A stretch of DNA of 63,559 bases, filler included, from Octopus bimaculoides (GCF_001194135.2; 8 parts of 7 records of this genome joined end to end with filler, not necessarily neighbours in it), one strand, 5' to 3'; shown: positions 25,475 through 38,327, numbered from the whole stretch's first letter. Translations and numbers: made by a program. The notes: generated by a model not told the origin, from the letters alone.

Positions 25475-28400
25475 ATTATTATTATTTCATATATGCACAA
25501 CAGATTAAACTGTTGGAAGAGAAAAGTTCCTAACATCGGGCTACAACAAGTAATCTTAGATGCCAAAAACCCTCCTAAGTATCCTAGCTGTCCCTAATAA
25601 CGCTGTTTTCTGGAGCTGCACTAAATTAAGTTTTATGTCTATTTCCTCTATCTGTCTGTTCAAATCTTTAGGGACAATTCCTTATGCACAACAGGGATAC
25701 ATTTTACCCGCACTTTCCATAGTCTCTGTAATTCAATGGCTAGATCCTAACACTTTGCTATTTTCTTTATACCTCTCATATTGACTTTCTGATCATTTGG
25801 GACTGTAAAGTCACAATTATCTGCCACTTTCTATTCTCTTTGTCTGCAACTACTGAATCAGGCCTCCTAGCTTCTATTACTCTGTCAGTTTGAATGTTAA
25901 AATCCCATATCTTATATCCCACTTCTAACTTTCTAACACTTTACTAGATTCATGTTCATACCATTTATCAGTACGGTCAAATCCTAACTTTCTACATAAC
26001 TTTTAGTGGATTATTTGCCCTAGGTTGTCATGTTTTTTCTTGTATTCTTTCTGTGCCAGTATGCTATATTCACTTACTATATGAGTAACACTTTCGTCTT
26101 TTGATTTATATAACCGACAGTAGGAATGTAACTGGTTTTTGTCTACCTTGGCTTATATCCAACTAGCAGCTAAGCCCGGTTTCACCCGGTCGGTTTGAAT
26201 GATGTGGCTGTAAAACCTGTTCTGTGTAAGCATTCGACTTGTTTGGGCACCGTTACGTTAAAAACCAATTTCAGAATGACCTTTTTTCTGTCAAAACGCT
26301 AAAAATAACTGACCCCAAAAAAAGAAAAACAACCAAATCAAAAAATAAACCATTATACTAAGCGAACAAAGATGAACCATCCCACTTCCATTACGCGCTC
26401 ACACGCACACACACACAAGCACACACACACACATTCACATACCCGCCTTTTACATACACATATATTCGCACAGAGTTGAAACACTGATTTATTTTTTCAG
26501 CGTACAATTTTCATCATCCTACTACCAAGTATGACATCACCCCTTCCTTTCTCATTTATAAATATATGAGTATTATTATAGTAGATTATCTTGGTAACCA
26601 TGGCAGCTATGAAAAAATATGACATCACCCCTTCCTTCTTTATGCGTCTATCACACCTTCCTTTCTTATTCATGAACACAAGAGTATTATTATAGTAGAT
26701 TATCTCGGTAACCATGGGAGCTATGAAAAAATACAAAGCCCAGCAACACCACCAGATCATTCTACACATCTGTGTAATTTTTTGCGCAATTCCACCCAGC
26801 CGTTTGACCGTGAATCCCAAGACAAGAAAGAATCGCCCATGTCAAATTTATATGTATAGATTAGTCCTCAATGCTTGATCTCGTGCTGCTATTAACAAAC
26901 TTTCTGTCCCCTTTTTCAGCCTTCTTTTCTGCAACCATAACCATGCCTTACTATTACTATATTCTGCAATTATTTTTGGGAATCTACCATGCAAAGCCTT
27001 CTCTTGCCAGTCAGATTATCTTTCTTCTTTTTTCGTTTATTCTTACTTCGTTTTTTTCTTACTTCGTTTGGTTTTTTGCTGTTACACTAGCAAATAAACT
27101 TTCGTCACTATTGCCCACATAGGAAGCTATATCTATTCTAGCTAACCTCATGCAGTCTTCTACTGATATTAATCCTCTACAACTTTCCTCTGTAGGTAAG
27201 TGTAATCTTTCTACACCTGCTCTTGAGTGAAGTCCTCCATTCATATTGAATTCCTTCGTAGTTCTTCTGTCTAGATTTGATAATCCAGATTTTGTCAAGT
27301 CTACAAAAGCTGCTAAATATCTAACTAACGATACTAGATTCGGACCATTAGCTTCCTCACCCTTCTGATGTACTCCTCAATTTTCGTTTTCATTTCTTTA
27401 GTTAGTTCTCTGTCAGATTCTAATACTCCTAGACACAATTCTCTCCTTCCAGTGATTTTAATGTCTGACCATCTGGTAATTGGATGCCTTCATTGTTAAC
27501 TAGCTGTCTCTTTTTTTTATGACTAATATTGCAGATTTATCTGTACCAAATTCCATACCTATATCCTTTCTGAAGAGTCTTACAGTTTGTATGAAGGAAT
27601 TTATTTCTTTTTTATTCTTACTAAAAAGCTTTAGATCATCCATGTAGAGCAAATGGTTAACTTTTCTTTTACTATTTCTAAACTGACACCCCACCTTTTC
27701 CTTTCTTAATAATAAATTGAGGGGGATTAAACATAACACAAATATTGAAGAGGATAATTCCTCTCTTGGCTGTTACATGAGTAGAGATCTACTTTCCATT
27801 TCTTCATACTATAGCTAATGAACTCTTTTATGTTGTCTGTGATACTGAATATACTCAAACATTCACTGATCTATGCGTTCGCCTAGTCTTCCTGCAACCT
27901 TTCTATTCTTCTGACAGCAAATTCTGGCAGTCAAGATGCTCGTAAATGTTTTCTGAAAGCATTTCTCTTAACAACTTCCACACTAATGGTAAGCAAAGGA
28001 TTAGTCTATAATTACTAGCTATATTATCCTTGCTTTTGTCTTTCATAAAGAAAACTGTTCTCCTTCTAGTCATCCGATCTGGTATTACTCCTCCATTAAG
28101 GCAATCCTGAAATTGTTCCCAGTTTCCCATATAAGCTACTAAATTTCTTTGATCAGAACCCTAGAACTAAAGCTGGTCCTAGGCCCTTCCAGTTCGGCAT
28201 TCTTTCTAACACTACTCATTATACACTAGTTAGTTTTAGATTTGGCTGCATCTCGCTGACTACTTCTTTCCTCACTTTCTTTAACGATGCTGCGTCTCCA
28301 TTATGATTTTCTGGCTTATCCCAAATATTCTCTAGAACTTTCTAGCTTTATCTGTATTAGGTTTCTCATCTTCATTACTTTCTTCTTCACTATTTATTTG

Positions 28401-29400
28401 TCTATAAAATCTCCTCCGGTCTGTCTCAAACAATCTGTTTTGTTGATCTATTCTTTTCTGATATCCTTCCACGACTATCCCAAATCCTTTCTCTTTGACA
28501 GAGTATTTTTTCTCAAGAGAAAGTTTAAATCTTGCCTTTCCTAACTTGTTGTTTCCAAGCTTCTATACGACTGAGATCTTGTCTTAAAGTCTTCATTTTA
28601 TTTTCTAATCTCCTTTTCCAAATTTTCTCCTTAATGTTTCCTTGAGGAATACCTAATTGTCTAAAAACTATTACCCACCACTCCTGCATAGATCAATAAG
28701 TTAGTGTTACCTATAGTTTTAGTATCTATCCTACTGATAACAAAATCTACTTTCCTAGTCATATCTAGCAACTTCATTCAATTGGCACCTTTTAATGCTG
28801 GTAATCTTTTTCTTTCTTCTTATAACTTCCTGCAACTCATCTAAAAGCTTCTTATCTTCACTTAAGTCGCTGCTGCCAGCTGTTTCTTCCTGATCGGTAG
28901 AACTATTATTATTTTCCCCTTAGGTCCTTCTTTGGTTTGAACTGTATCTCTTATGTTGTTGCTTGGCTTTTCAACTGCTTGGCCATTTTTTTCCAGTCCT
29001 CTTGTGATCTCTTCCACCTCCAATTCTGTCACCCACTTTCTTTTAATAACATTAGCCTGGACTATGAGTTTCTGCTCAGTCACTTTAAACATACTTTTCT
29101 CCACCCAAAGCATTAACCCCATCTTTTATGTTCACTTTCTAAGTAGCACTGGTCCACTTCCTTCCCTCACTCTATTATCTACTGATGCTGTCTGAGGATA
29201 ACAGCTGCGGTCAGTCTGCATCTGTACTGAACTACCGCCGAGCAAGAGGCCTTCCCTTAAAGGTCCAGCGTCCTTTTCGCTGTTACCCCAAGAGTTTCTG
29301 GGCAAACTCTTGTCTCTTATAAACTGAGGTAAGGTAGTGTTCGTCCCCCTCATCCTCACCACTACTATTATCCGGCATCTGATAGTATCATGTAAACTTC
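25475..29400 (-). mobile_element. Near end-to-end decayed RLE-type (R4/Dong-like) non-LTR retrotransposon, interrupted by a Helitron
   Basis: N-term MFKVTEQKL..VIKRKWVTELEVEEI; NYRLILCLPLVWKLL; NHLLYMDDLKLF; HSRAGVERLHLP..RGLISVED; AARDQALRTNWI; CRLY..DESVTHIVSE; WDFNIQTDRVIEARRPD; LQKTALLGTARILRR-stop; short 3' UTR then (AAT)4. Confidence 0.88.
26163..26860 (-). mobile_element. Non-autonomous Helitron
   Basis: Minus strand starts TC and ends CTAG, inserted between A and T with no TSD; imperfect hairpin GACCGGGTGAAACCGGGC ending 11 nt before the 3' end; internal (CA)n and a ~90-bp duplicated segment; removal restores the LINE frame. Confidence 0.85.
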
Positions 29401-29589
29401 TATCGTATTACTTGCTACAGTTTCGTGCGTCCGAGGTGTATTATTTATAGGTGTATTATTATTGTTGTTTTACTTCTCAGAGTGCTCGATCTTGTCTGCT
29501 CTGGTAGATTCTGTAAGAGAGAGGATAACATCATGCTGTAAGAGGTCTCGCAGGATCTCTTTCTGGACATTATAAACTTTGATACTTGG

Positions 29590-29800
29590 GTGTTAATTAT
29601 CGTGGGAGACATTCAACATCCGAGTACCAATCTCAAAATATTCGTCTTAGTCCATTTGGTTCTAGCAGTCGGATAATCACGACCGGGCCTGTGCTGCTCA
29701 CCCACAGGGCACCTACCGGGCGAAAGCCCGTCACCTGTAGTTCGTCCTCATTTACGCCATTGTTTGTACCAATTCTATTATTCATTACTCTCATACAGAG
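29590..29800 (-). mobile_element. Second 5' fragment of an RLE-type LINE
   Basis: Frameshifted N-terminus GRDYPTARTKWTK, resembling the start of the adjacent element. Confidence 0.45.
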
Positions 29801-29899
29801 GAGAGTGTTGATAAGTATTTTTATCGAGAAGCCATCTCTAGAGGGGTGTGTCTAAAAAGACCCTTCTACCTTTAGAAATTTAAGTGAGCTATCCTGCAC

Positions 29900-31350
29900 T
29901 AGACACCACCCCAGTGTTCGTGTTGCTGGGGTGTGTACAATATTATGTGTTCTGTCCTGCTGCTGTGAGTGTGCAAACTCGTCTCGTGACTGTATTGTGT
30001 TAGTGCAGTCTTTTGTTGTGTTACTGTTTGTATTGTGTGTTGAGTGTGTAATGCATTGGTTAATTGGATTGCTGGTGGGAGTTTATTTCACTGGGTAAAT
30101 GCTGTATAGAGTGTGTCTTGTATTTGCGGGTTGTTTTGTTTAGGTTGTATTATTGGATTGATAGTGTCTTGTGTAGGATGTGGGCTGTTCCTAGCAGGGC
30201 TATTTTTTGGACAGTGTGTAGTTTTGAGGATCCAAGTATAGCTTCTACATTTTTGTTCATATGATTTTTCTATCATGCCCAATGCTCCAATTATTATTGG
30301 TATTGTTTTTGCTTTCATGCCCCACATTTTGAATACTTCAATTTCGAGGTCTTTGTACTTCGACAATTTCTCCACTTCTTTTTTGACAATATTTTGATCA
30401 GAACGGACTGCAATGTCTATCAGTAATCAGGTGTTTCCCCCCCCCCCANNNNNNNNNNNNNNNNNNNNNNNNNNNNNNNNNNNNNNNNNNNNNNNNNNNN
30501 NNNNNNNNNNNNNNNNNNNNNNCCAATCCTTGACTATTATATCTGGGCGATTAGCTTTTATTTCTTTGTCGGTTTGAACCGGTATATCCCATATGATTGT
30601 GACCTGACCGTTGTCTTGTACCTTTCTTATTTCTTTATTGCCCACAAGGGGATAAACATAGAGGGGACAAACAAGGACAGACAAAGGGATTAAGTCGATT
30701 ACATCGACCCCAGTGCGTAACTGGCACTTAATTTATCGACCTCCGAAAGGATGAAAGGCAAAGTCGACCTCGGCGGAATTTGAACTCAGAACGTAACGGC
30801 AGACGAAATAACGCTTAGCATTTCGCCCGGCGCGCTAACGTCTCTGCCAGCTCACCGCCTTTGTCTTGTACCTTTCTTGGCTCATGCTTATACCCGCTGC
30901 TGTCAGTTGTGATGTTGTAATGTTGGCATATTGACCAGTGGATATAACTGCTTACTTTGTTGTGTCTGTATACATATTCAGACTTGGCAAGGACTGGGCA
31001 GCCCGAGATGATGTGGTCAACTGTCTCATTGTGCTGGTTGCACATTCTACATTTGGTGTTGAGGCCTGTTTTCATTATTTTGTTTTTATAAATGTTTGTA
31101 GTCAGGCATTGGTCTTGTGCTGCGAGAATCAGTCCTTCCGTTTCGGCTTTTAGTTCAGAGCTTTTGAGCCATTGTTGGCTTTTACTTAGGCTCACTTCTT
31201 CTCTGTCAAGCCTTGCAGGGTATTGGCTATGAAGTGATTTTTCTCTCCATTTCTCCTGCAGTCTCTTTTGTGATTCAGTTTTCATGTTGTTTTTGTCTCT
31301 GACCATTTCTGCTATGTTGTCATCTGAGGTCAGTGTGTCAGTGTAGTTAA
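29900..31350 (-). mobile_element. 5'-truncated RLE-type LINE (zinc knuckle + RLE endonuclease)
   Basis: LKAETEGLILAAQDQ; CRMCNQHNETVDHIISGC; RHNKV; WDIPVQTDKEIKANRPDIIV; EKLSKYKDLEIE..W..K..IPIIIGALG. Confidence 0.9.
30629..30860 (-). mobile_element. SINE family C inserted in the LINE with an 18-bp TSD
   Basis: TTGTCTTGTACCTTTCTT at 30611-30628 and 30861-30878; removal rejoins HEPRKVQDNGQVTIIWD. Confidence 0.92.
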
Positions 31351-31502
31351 TTTGTCTTGTATTTTGTCGCCTCCTTGTGTATTATTATCATTGATGAGAG
31401 AGCAGTGCATGCCATCAAAGTGACATTGGGGTAAAATATACGAAGCCCGTTATACCCATCATGACTACCCGTCTGATAAAGGTACACCAGGCACATGCAT
31501 CA

Positions 31503-31574
<72 letters not shown>

Positions 31575-31631
31575 NNNNNNNNNNNNNNNNNNNNNNNNNN
31601 NNNNNNNNNNNNNNNNNNNNNNNNNNNNNNN

Positions 31632-31843
31632 TGCTCTTATGGTTACTGTATTGAAAGTGTTTTGCGTAGGATGTGTGCAGTGCCCAGTAGTGCAATTTTC
31701 TGTATGTTATATATATTTGTAAGTCCTGGTGTTTTTGTTATGTATTTATCTGAATATTTTTTTATTATACCCAAGGCGCCTACTATGATAGGAATTGTTT
31801 CTGTTTTTAGATTCCACATTCGAGTTACTTCTATTTCCAGGTC
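31632..31843 (-). mobile_element. Short 3' end of an RLE-type LINE between (ATT)n arrays
   Basis: DLEIEVTRMWNLKTETIPIIVGALGIIKKY...IQKIALLGTAHILRKTLSIQ-stop. Confidence 0.85.
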
Positions 31844-31884
<41 letters not shown>

Positions 31885-32140
31885 GAGTGAGTGAGAGAGT
31901 GACACTGGGGTAAAATATACGAAACCCAGTATACCCATTATGACTACCCCTCTGATAGGGTATACCAGGCACATGCATCACAACCATATGTGCACGACAT
32001 AGTGATCCCATATCAAGATAAACAGTGCATGACCTTACAGGTGGGGCCCAGTTAAAATTTTCTTCAGGTCGAGTAGCCCATCCCGCTCAAATGGTCTTTG
32101 AATAAGGGTTGTTTAAGGATGTTGAACGAAATGCCCATGA
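31885..32140 (-). repeat. Dispersed repeat D copy
   Basis: Reverse complement of 6570-6810, abutting an (ATT)n array; partial copy also at 31395-31502. Confidence 0.75.
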
Positions 32141-33045
32141 AAACAGAATGAGAGAATTCTCAAATCTGTGAGCCGAGGAGCATTACTACTGCTGCGAAAG
32201 GATCCAAACAAGGAGGTATTAGATAATTTTAGGCCCATCACTCTGCTTCTCGCAAATATGAAAACTAGTTGGAGACACACAAACATGCATCGTCCCAAAC
32301 AGGTCCGACAACCTCCGCCTCATGCACTACATCGTGGATAGGGTAGTTAAGAAACCCGGTATGGGCGGGGTTCTGATTAATTTAGATTAATCAAAAGCCT
32401 TTGATAGGGTTGGCCATCAATATCTGGTGGCTGTTCTCACGGCGGCCGGTTTCGGTCCGGTTTTCTGCGGTGGGATCGCTGCCATGTAAAGCGACATCTG
32501 CTCGGTAGTCCAGGTGAACCTATCGGAATCATTCAACATCGTAGCTTCGGTCTGTCAAGAGTGCCCACTCTCGTCCCTTCTGTATGTACTGACCTTCGAG
32601 CCATTACTTTGGAAACTGGAGACGTTGAGAGACATCTCGCATGAACTAGGATGTGGGAGAGTTGTGACGGCATATGTAGACGACGTCACCGTAATAGTGT
32701 CGGACAACAAGTACATAGACCTGATCGGCACTACTGTGACACCTGGAGAGGCAGATCCATGCCTACCGACAGCGTTGTAGGACGTTGGCCGGTCGGGCCC
32801 GTAAAACTGCTCGGGGTCTGGTTCGGACCGGGCCTTCATCTGGAGAAGAACTGGAGCGAGGTGACGAGCAGGGTAGCCAGTCTCATTCAGAAATGGGCCG
32901 AGAGGAAGCTATCCTTGAACGGTCGGGTAGAATTGGCGAACACATACGTCACCTCAGTCATTTACTACCACCTCACCGTCGTGCCTTTCCCCAATTTGTA
33001 CCTGGTCAAACTGGAGCGTTTGATTTTCTCTCTTTTGGTCTGATA
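32140..33045 (+). mobile_element. L1/Tx1-like ORF2 RT fragment, decayed
   Basis: DNFRPITLL; KAFDRVGHQYL (frame shifts nearby); CQECPLSSLLYVLTFEPLL; TAYVDDVTV; VKLLGVWF; WAERKLSLNGRV. Confidence 0.85.
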
Positions 33046-33550
33046 GGCTTCGAGGATTTTAGAGTTTCCCTCGATGTCTATCATCACAGCCGCAATTAGC
33101 CAAGGAATGGCTATCTCTGGCGGTACCTGCTGAATTATAATTTTGGTCAGTCTCTGACCGCAGTAGTAAGAAGCTAGCAACAGCTCCTCGCTTTTGAGGG
33201 GATTCAGAGCGTGCTGTTTGGCTTCTTCCTCGTTGTGGAATCGAACGTCCACCATTCCATAGGCCCTTACTCTCTGTATATACTCCTTTAGATTTCAGAC
33301 AGAACCTAAAGCTTGTTGTATTTGAGCCTCTGTAGCTCTTTCCACCTACCTTGACTTTAACCCAATTGTACGGCACGTCACTGTGCGGCGTATCGTAGCC
33401 TGGATTGTCTCAGGTGGGGTTTTCAACTTTACAACTATTTCCGCTCTCTCGACTAGCACGCCCTCTCATTGATGTTTGGTGACGATCCTCACTTTCTCCC
33501 CCTCTCTCACATAGCAGCGTCACCGTGTTTTGTGTTTTCTCCATGTTGGT
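33045..33550 (-). mobile_element. Probable L1/Tx1-like ORF1 5' part, opposite orientation
   Basis: MVDVRFHNEEEAK...RLTKIIIQQVPPEIAIPWL resembles the ORF1 RRM-like region; frameshifted. Confidence 0.5.
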
Positions 33551-33574
33551 GGGGAAAACGCACACAACTGATCG

Positions 33575-33965
33575 GTTGTACTTGTCTAGAGGAAATGGTA
33601 GAGGAAGTTTGATTAGTTGTCAGGATTGTGTTGAATCAGATGGAAACAATGTAGGATGATATATAAAAAGTGCCGTGGAACTACTAATGTGTTGAGAAAG
33701 AGAAATTTAAAGAAAAAAAGAAATGGCATGGAAAGGGAAAAAATGTACGGACAGTTTGCAAGAGTGCAAAGACAGACAGAGAAGGCTGGTGACTATGGAT
33801 GTGAAGGAGTGACTCGAAGATAGAAACAGAAGCACTCATATGCATTGAGGACGAATTATGATAAGTGCGAAATTAATAAAACAGAGCGACAAATGCAGAA
33901 TGTGTAGCAAGAGGGATGAAATAGTGTGGCACATTATCAGTGAATGCCCGAAATTGGCACAGACC
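33575..33965 (+). mobile_element. RLE-type LINE fragment
   Basis: GRGSLISCQDCV...KIETEALIC...ALRTNY...KCRMCSKRDEIVWHIISECPKLAQ. Confidence 0.8.
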
Positions 33966-36635
33966 AGATCCTTCTTCATGGAGGTAGTATAATTCCAGTC
34001 AGGGTAGATGGAAGAAAAGCAAAGTGCCATCTTTGCTTTTCACCTACGCATTTAAAAGCCGACTGCCCTAAACAAAACGAAAAAGAGAGACGGGTACCTC
34101 TCCTCCCTACACCAACAACGGCCGCCAGAACTCCAACGACAACAGCAGCAGCACCATCAGTAGATTCAGCCGTAGCACCACCAACACCAATACCAACAAC
34201 CTTACTGACACCGAGTTCACCCAAACACTTCTCAGCGCCCGAAGATGTTCCACTTCCCGATGCAAAGCGAGTGGACATCACAGCTGGAGAGACAGACCGT
34301 GAAGAGAACTGGCAGTTAAAAACAAACGAAAAAGAAACGTAAAAGAGACAGAAGGAAAAATAAACATATGGACAAAGTAGAACAACAATCCTCGCCCAAA
34401 CAAGGAGTGGAAAGGAAAAAAAAATCAAAGCAACAAAAACAAATACACCCAAAACAAACACTATATCGACACCACCACCTCTAACACCTACAACATAAGC
34501 TATTCCACACTCGCAGCCACAACAATCACAACCACCACCACCACCACCACAACAACAACAACAACAACAACAAGAAGCACAAACTAAAGACAGTAACATT
34601 ACGAACTGAACACATAGAAATCATTCAAACAACACAAAACATATATACTCACTTAAAAACCCCAATTCCCACAGGAAATCGGAGATTTTCGAAGGAATAT
34701 CACCAAGAGAATTCTTGGTGATTTGCTGTTGGAATCACCAAGCCAACACGTGGGACGGGCAATCTGCCCCTCCAAACAAAACCAAGTAAGTTTTCTCTTT
34801 TTTTTCTTCTCTTTTTTCCGATAACATGGTCGTGTACAAAATAGGTAGCGTGAATAGGTAGGTGACCTGAGGTCGCCTTGGAAGCGGGGTTACCTGCTCA
34901 ACGACGTCAGGGAACCGAATGTCGATGTGGTGGCCATTAGCAAAACAAGAATTTCCGACTCACAGGTTTTCCAACTTATTTTCGGTGACTATGAAGTGTA
35001 TGCATCTCCAAGTCATCCGGGAACTGGAGGTGGATTTGCCGTGATGGTTCGGAAAAATCTGGATCTTGCAATACGGACTATCTTCCAGGATCCGGAAGGT
35101 AAGTCGGTGGTCCTGGACGTGACAGACAGCGAAGGACATACTTTTAGGCTAGTTGCTGTTTATGCCCCGACAGGGGCAGGACGACCAGATTTCTTCAGAC
35201 GTCTGGAAACTTTACTGGGAACGTTCGGCTCTTTAGTGATGGCAGGGGATTGGAATGGAGTTTTAGATGTAAAGTGGGACTGTGTAGGTTTAGCAGATAG
35301 GAGTGGAGGGTGCAAAAGCCTCGCAAACCTGCTCAGACGATTCCAACTCTCTGACAGGTATCGACTGGATTTCCAGGATGTGCCTGTGTGGACCTGGTCA
35401 AACCGCATCGGGTCATCCAAATCGTATCTAAATAGGATGGCATAGGTTGTCTACAATTTAAAGTAGTCGACTATACACACCACAAATTCGTGATCTGTAC
35501 AGTCTACTTAGATAGACTTCATAGGCAGGGACCCAGTTGCTGGAAGCTGAACACGTTGTTGTCGGCGCGTAAAGATTTCAGAAACCGGATTAGTGAACTA
35601 GTTAAGAAGGCGCTGACGGGGGCAACAATGAACAACAAATGGCGGTTCGGCATTAAAAGAGTGATTAGAATGGAATCGATAAGGTTTAGCAAAGGACTAG
35701 CAGTAGAACCAAACAGAGTAGATGCAGGGCTAGTCAAAGAGTTAGACGAGGCTTTTAGAAAAGGCAGCGCGACCGACGTGCTCGCAGAGAGATTAGCACT
35801 CAACCAATTTTTCAACGCGAAACACGAAGGTTGCGTTGTCAGAGCTAAGGCACAAGCTCTTAGACACGAAGGGACGAAAACCGTTCAATTGGCCCAAGTG
35901 GTAGAGGCACGGCGTGGCAATAAATCCGCGATCCAATCCTTGCCGAACCACGAAGGCCAAATGATAACTGATCCGGGACAGATGTGTGAGGCGTTTCAGC
36001 GGCACTTCGCTCAACTGTTCGGGAGCAGCGGTGAGCCGGGTCACAGGATGGATTTCACGTCCTACCTCGACGGGTTGCCGCGGCTCTCGGTGACGGAGGC
36101 GGAGCGCTGCGAAAGGTTGATAACAGCTTTTGAAATACGGGAAGCAATGGCTCTCTGCACGAGGGGTAAATCGCCTGGTTTGGCTGGTCTGCTCTACGAG
36201 CTTTACGTTTACATGCCAAACTTGATCGGTTACCTCTTAGCAAACGTTTACTGCAGCAAGCAACAGAATGGGAGAATTCCTAGTTTTGTGAGCTGTGGAG
36301 CGGTGGCATTGCTGAGAAAAGACCGATAACTTTAGGCCCATAACTCTGTTGAATGCAGAGTTCAAAATTTTGGCCAAGGTATTAGCTACGAGGTTGGCGC
36401 TTGTCGTCGGGGATCTGGTAGGGGAGGCACAGACATGTGCCATCCCGAAAGACCCTCCCACAACAACATTCACCTCATGCGATACATTATTGAAGAAGTG
36501 GTAGCTGGTTTCGGGCCTGTATACAGGGGCTGGATCGCTGCAATGCAAAGATCGGTCGCCTCTCAGAGCCGTTCAAAATCAGGTGCTCGGTCCGGCAAGG
36601 TTGTCCCCTCTCGTCTTTCTTGTACGTACTGATTC
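33966..36635 (+). mobile_element. L1/Tx1-like element: ORF1 3' part (CCHC knuckle) + ORF2 APE endonuclease and RT start; pseudogenised
   Basis: CHLCFSPTHLKADC; ORF2 ATG at 34826 (MVVYKIGSVN); RLVAVYAPTG; MAGDWNGVLD; WTWSN; GKSPGLAGLLYELY; NFRPITLLNAEFKILAKVLATRL; truncated by a linker gap. Confidence 0.9.
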
Positions 36636-36735
36636 NNNNNNNNNNNNNNNNNNNNNNNNNNNNNNNNNNNNNNNNNNNNTTAATTAATTAANNNNNNNNN
36701 NNNNNNNNNNNNNNNNNNNNNNNNNNNNNNNNNNN

Positions 36736-37503
36736 GACAAGAACGCAACAGGCAACAACAAGACATCCAGACAGTTAGATGATAAAAAAGGGACAAGTAA
36801 AAACAAGGGCGGGTCATTCGGAGTTTTCTTTCGTCAGTCGAGTTCCAGATTATCTTTGCAGTTTCGGCTGGTTATACTCGAGACTGCTCCAATCTGGCCA
36901 GCCGCAAGGAAAATCTAAGCTAAGAGCACTAGATTCCTTGGAAGAAAGCAGCGAATGTATGCGAAAACAAAGACGGAAAAAGCAGAGAAATAATACACAA
37001 ATGCAAATGCAAACAAAAGGACATAAACAACAAGTGTCTTTCAACTAAGGACGAATTAAATTAAGCTGGCGTGTGTGGAAATGAAGCCTTACAGCAGTGA
37101 CATAAGAGATGACAGACATGGGAAGGAATATAGATGTTGCACGGATGGTAGTCGAACGAATAAAGGTCAGGCTTGGCCGAACACCGGTCACGTGAAAGAG
37201 AGGAGTGAAGTAGAGGCAGCAGGATAGAAGAATTAGGGAGGGATGAGAAAAAAGAAAAGGGACAGAGTGAAGTGTGAATGAAGGGAAGGCCAGGAAATGT
37301 GAGAGTGGAGGAGCGAAAGAAAGAAGAGTGGAAAAACGAAGTAAGTGCGAAGGGACTGAAAGAAAGAAAGAATGAAAGAATAAGAGAGTCGCACAAAATT
37401 TATATATATACTTACATATAAGAGACCAAAGTATACGTACGGCGCTATATGTATATAAAAAAGGATACAAAACATGGGACAAGAACGCAACGGGCTACAA
37501 CAA
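36736..37503. repeat. Dispersed element with short terminal direct repeats; possibly Penelope pseudo-LTR-derived
   Basis: GACAAGAACGCAAC(A/G)GGC(A/T)ACAACAAG at both ends; purine-rich core; no ORF. Confidence 0.35.
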
Positions 37504-37604
37504 GATTGCTACCTAATACTCTAATACTCAGTTGTATTCCTAGCGTGAAACTGATTGGTAAGATCAGCCGTGATGGATGTATAATGCTGTACATTTATAA
37601 ATAG

Positions 37605-37915
37605 GAGCACTCCGTCGGTTACGACGACGAGGGTCCCAGCTGATCCGATCAACGGAACAGCCTGCTCGTGAAATTAGACGTGCAAGTGACTGAGCAATCC
37701 ACAGACACGTGTACCCCTTAACGTAGTTCCCAGGGAGATTCAGCGTGGTACAGAGTGTGACAAGGCCGGCCCTTCGAAGTACAGGTACAACTCATTTTTG
37801 CCAGCTGAGTCGACTGGAGCAACGTGAAATAAAGTGTCTTGCTCAAGGACACAACGCGTCGCCGGGAATTGGACTCACGACCTTACGATCATGAGCCGAA
37901 TGCCCTAACCACTAA
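37605..37915 (-). mobile_element. SINE family A
   Basis: Reverse complement of 1744-2070. Confidence 0.85.
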
Positions 37916-38038
37916 TTATATATATATATATATNNNNNNNNNNNNNNNNNNNNNNNNNNNNNNNNNNNNNNNNNNNNNNNNNNNNNNNNNNNNNNNNNNN
38001 NNNNNNNNNNNNNNNNNNNNNNNNNNNNNNNNNNNNNN

Positions 38039-38076
<38 letters not shown>

Positions 38077-38276
38077 AATTGATATAAACAGCAGTTTGCA
38101 ATGTCTCACCAAAAAAGAGAATTAGAAATGTGACTAAATGTGAGTAGGGTGTTAGGAAACACATACATTGCTAGAAATAAGAGCTAAATCACTCTAATGC
38201 TGTAGTTAATGCACATGAATGAAAACATATACACTAACAGGGAGATGAATCGCCTGAAAAGTGCCGATCGAGAATT

Positions 38277-38327
38277 CTTAATACTGACGCGTCAGTTTCG
38301 GCAATTTCCGTTGCCTCATCGGTTAAG
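38277..38327 (-). ncRNA. Type I hammerhead ribozyme motif (U4C variant)
   Basis: Minus: CUUAA-CCGAUGA-GGCAAcggaaaUUGCC-GAAA-CUGACGCGUCAG-UA-UUAAG; all three stems pair; GUA cleavage triplet. Confidence 0.8.
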
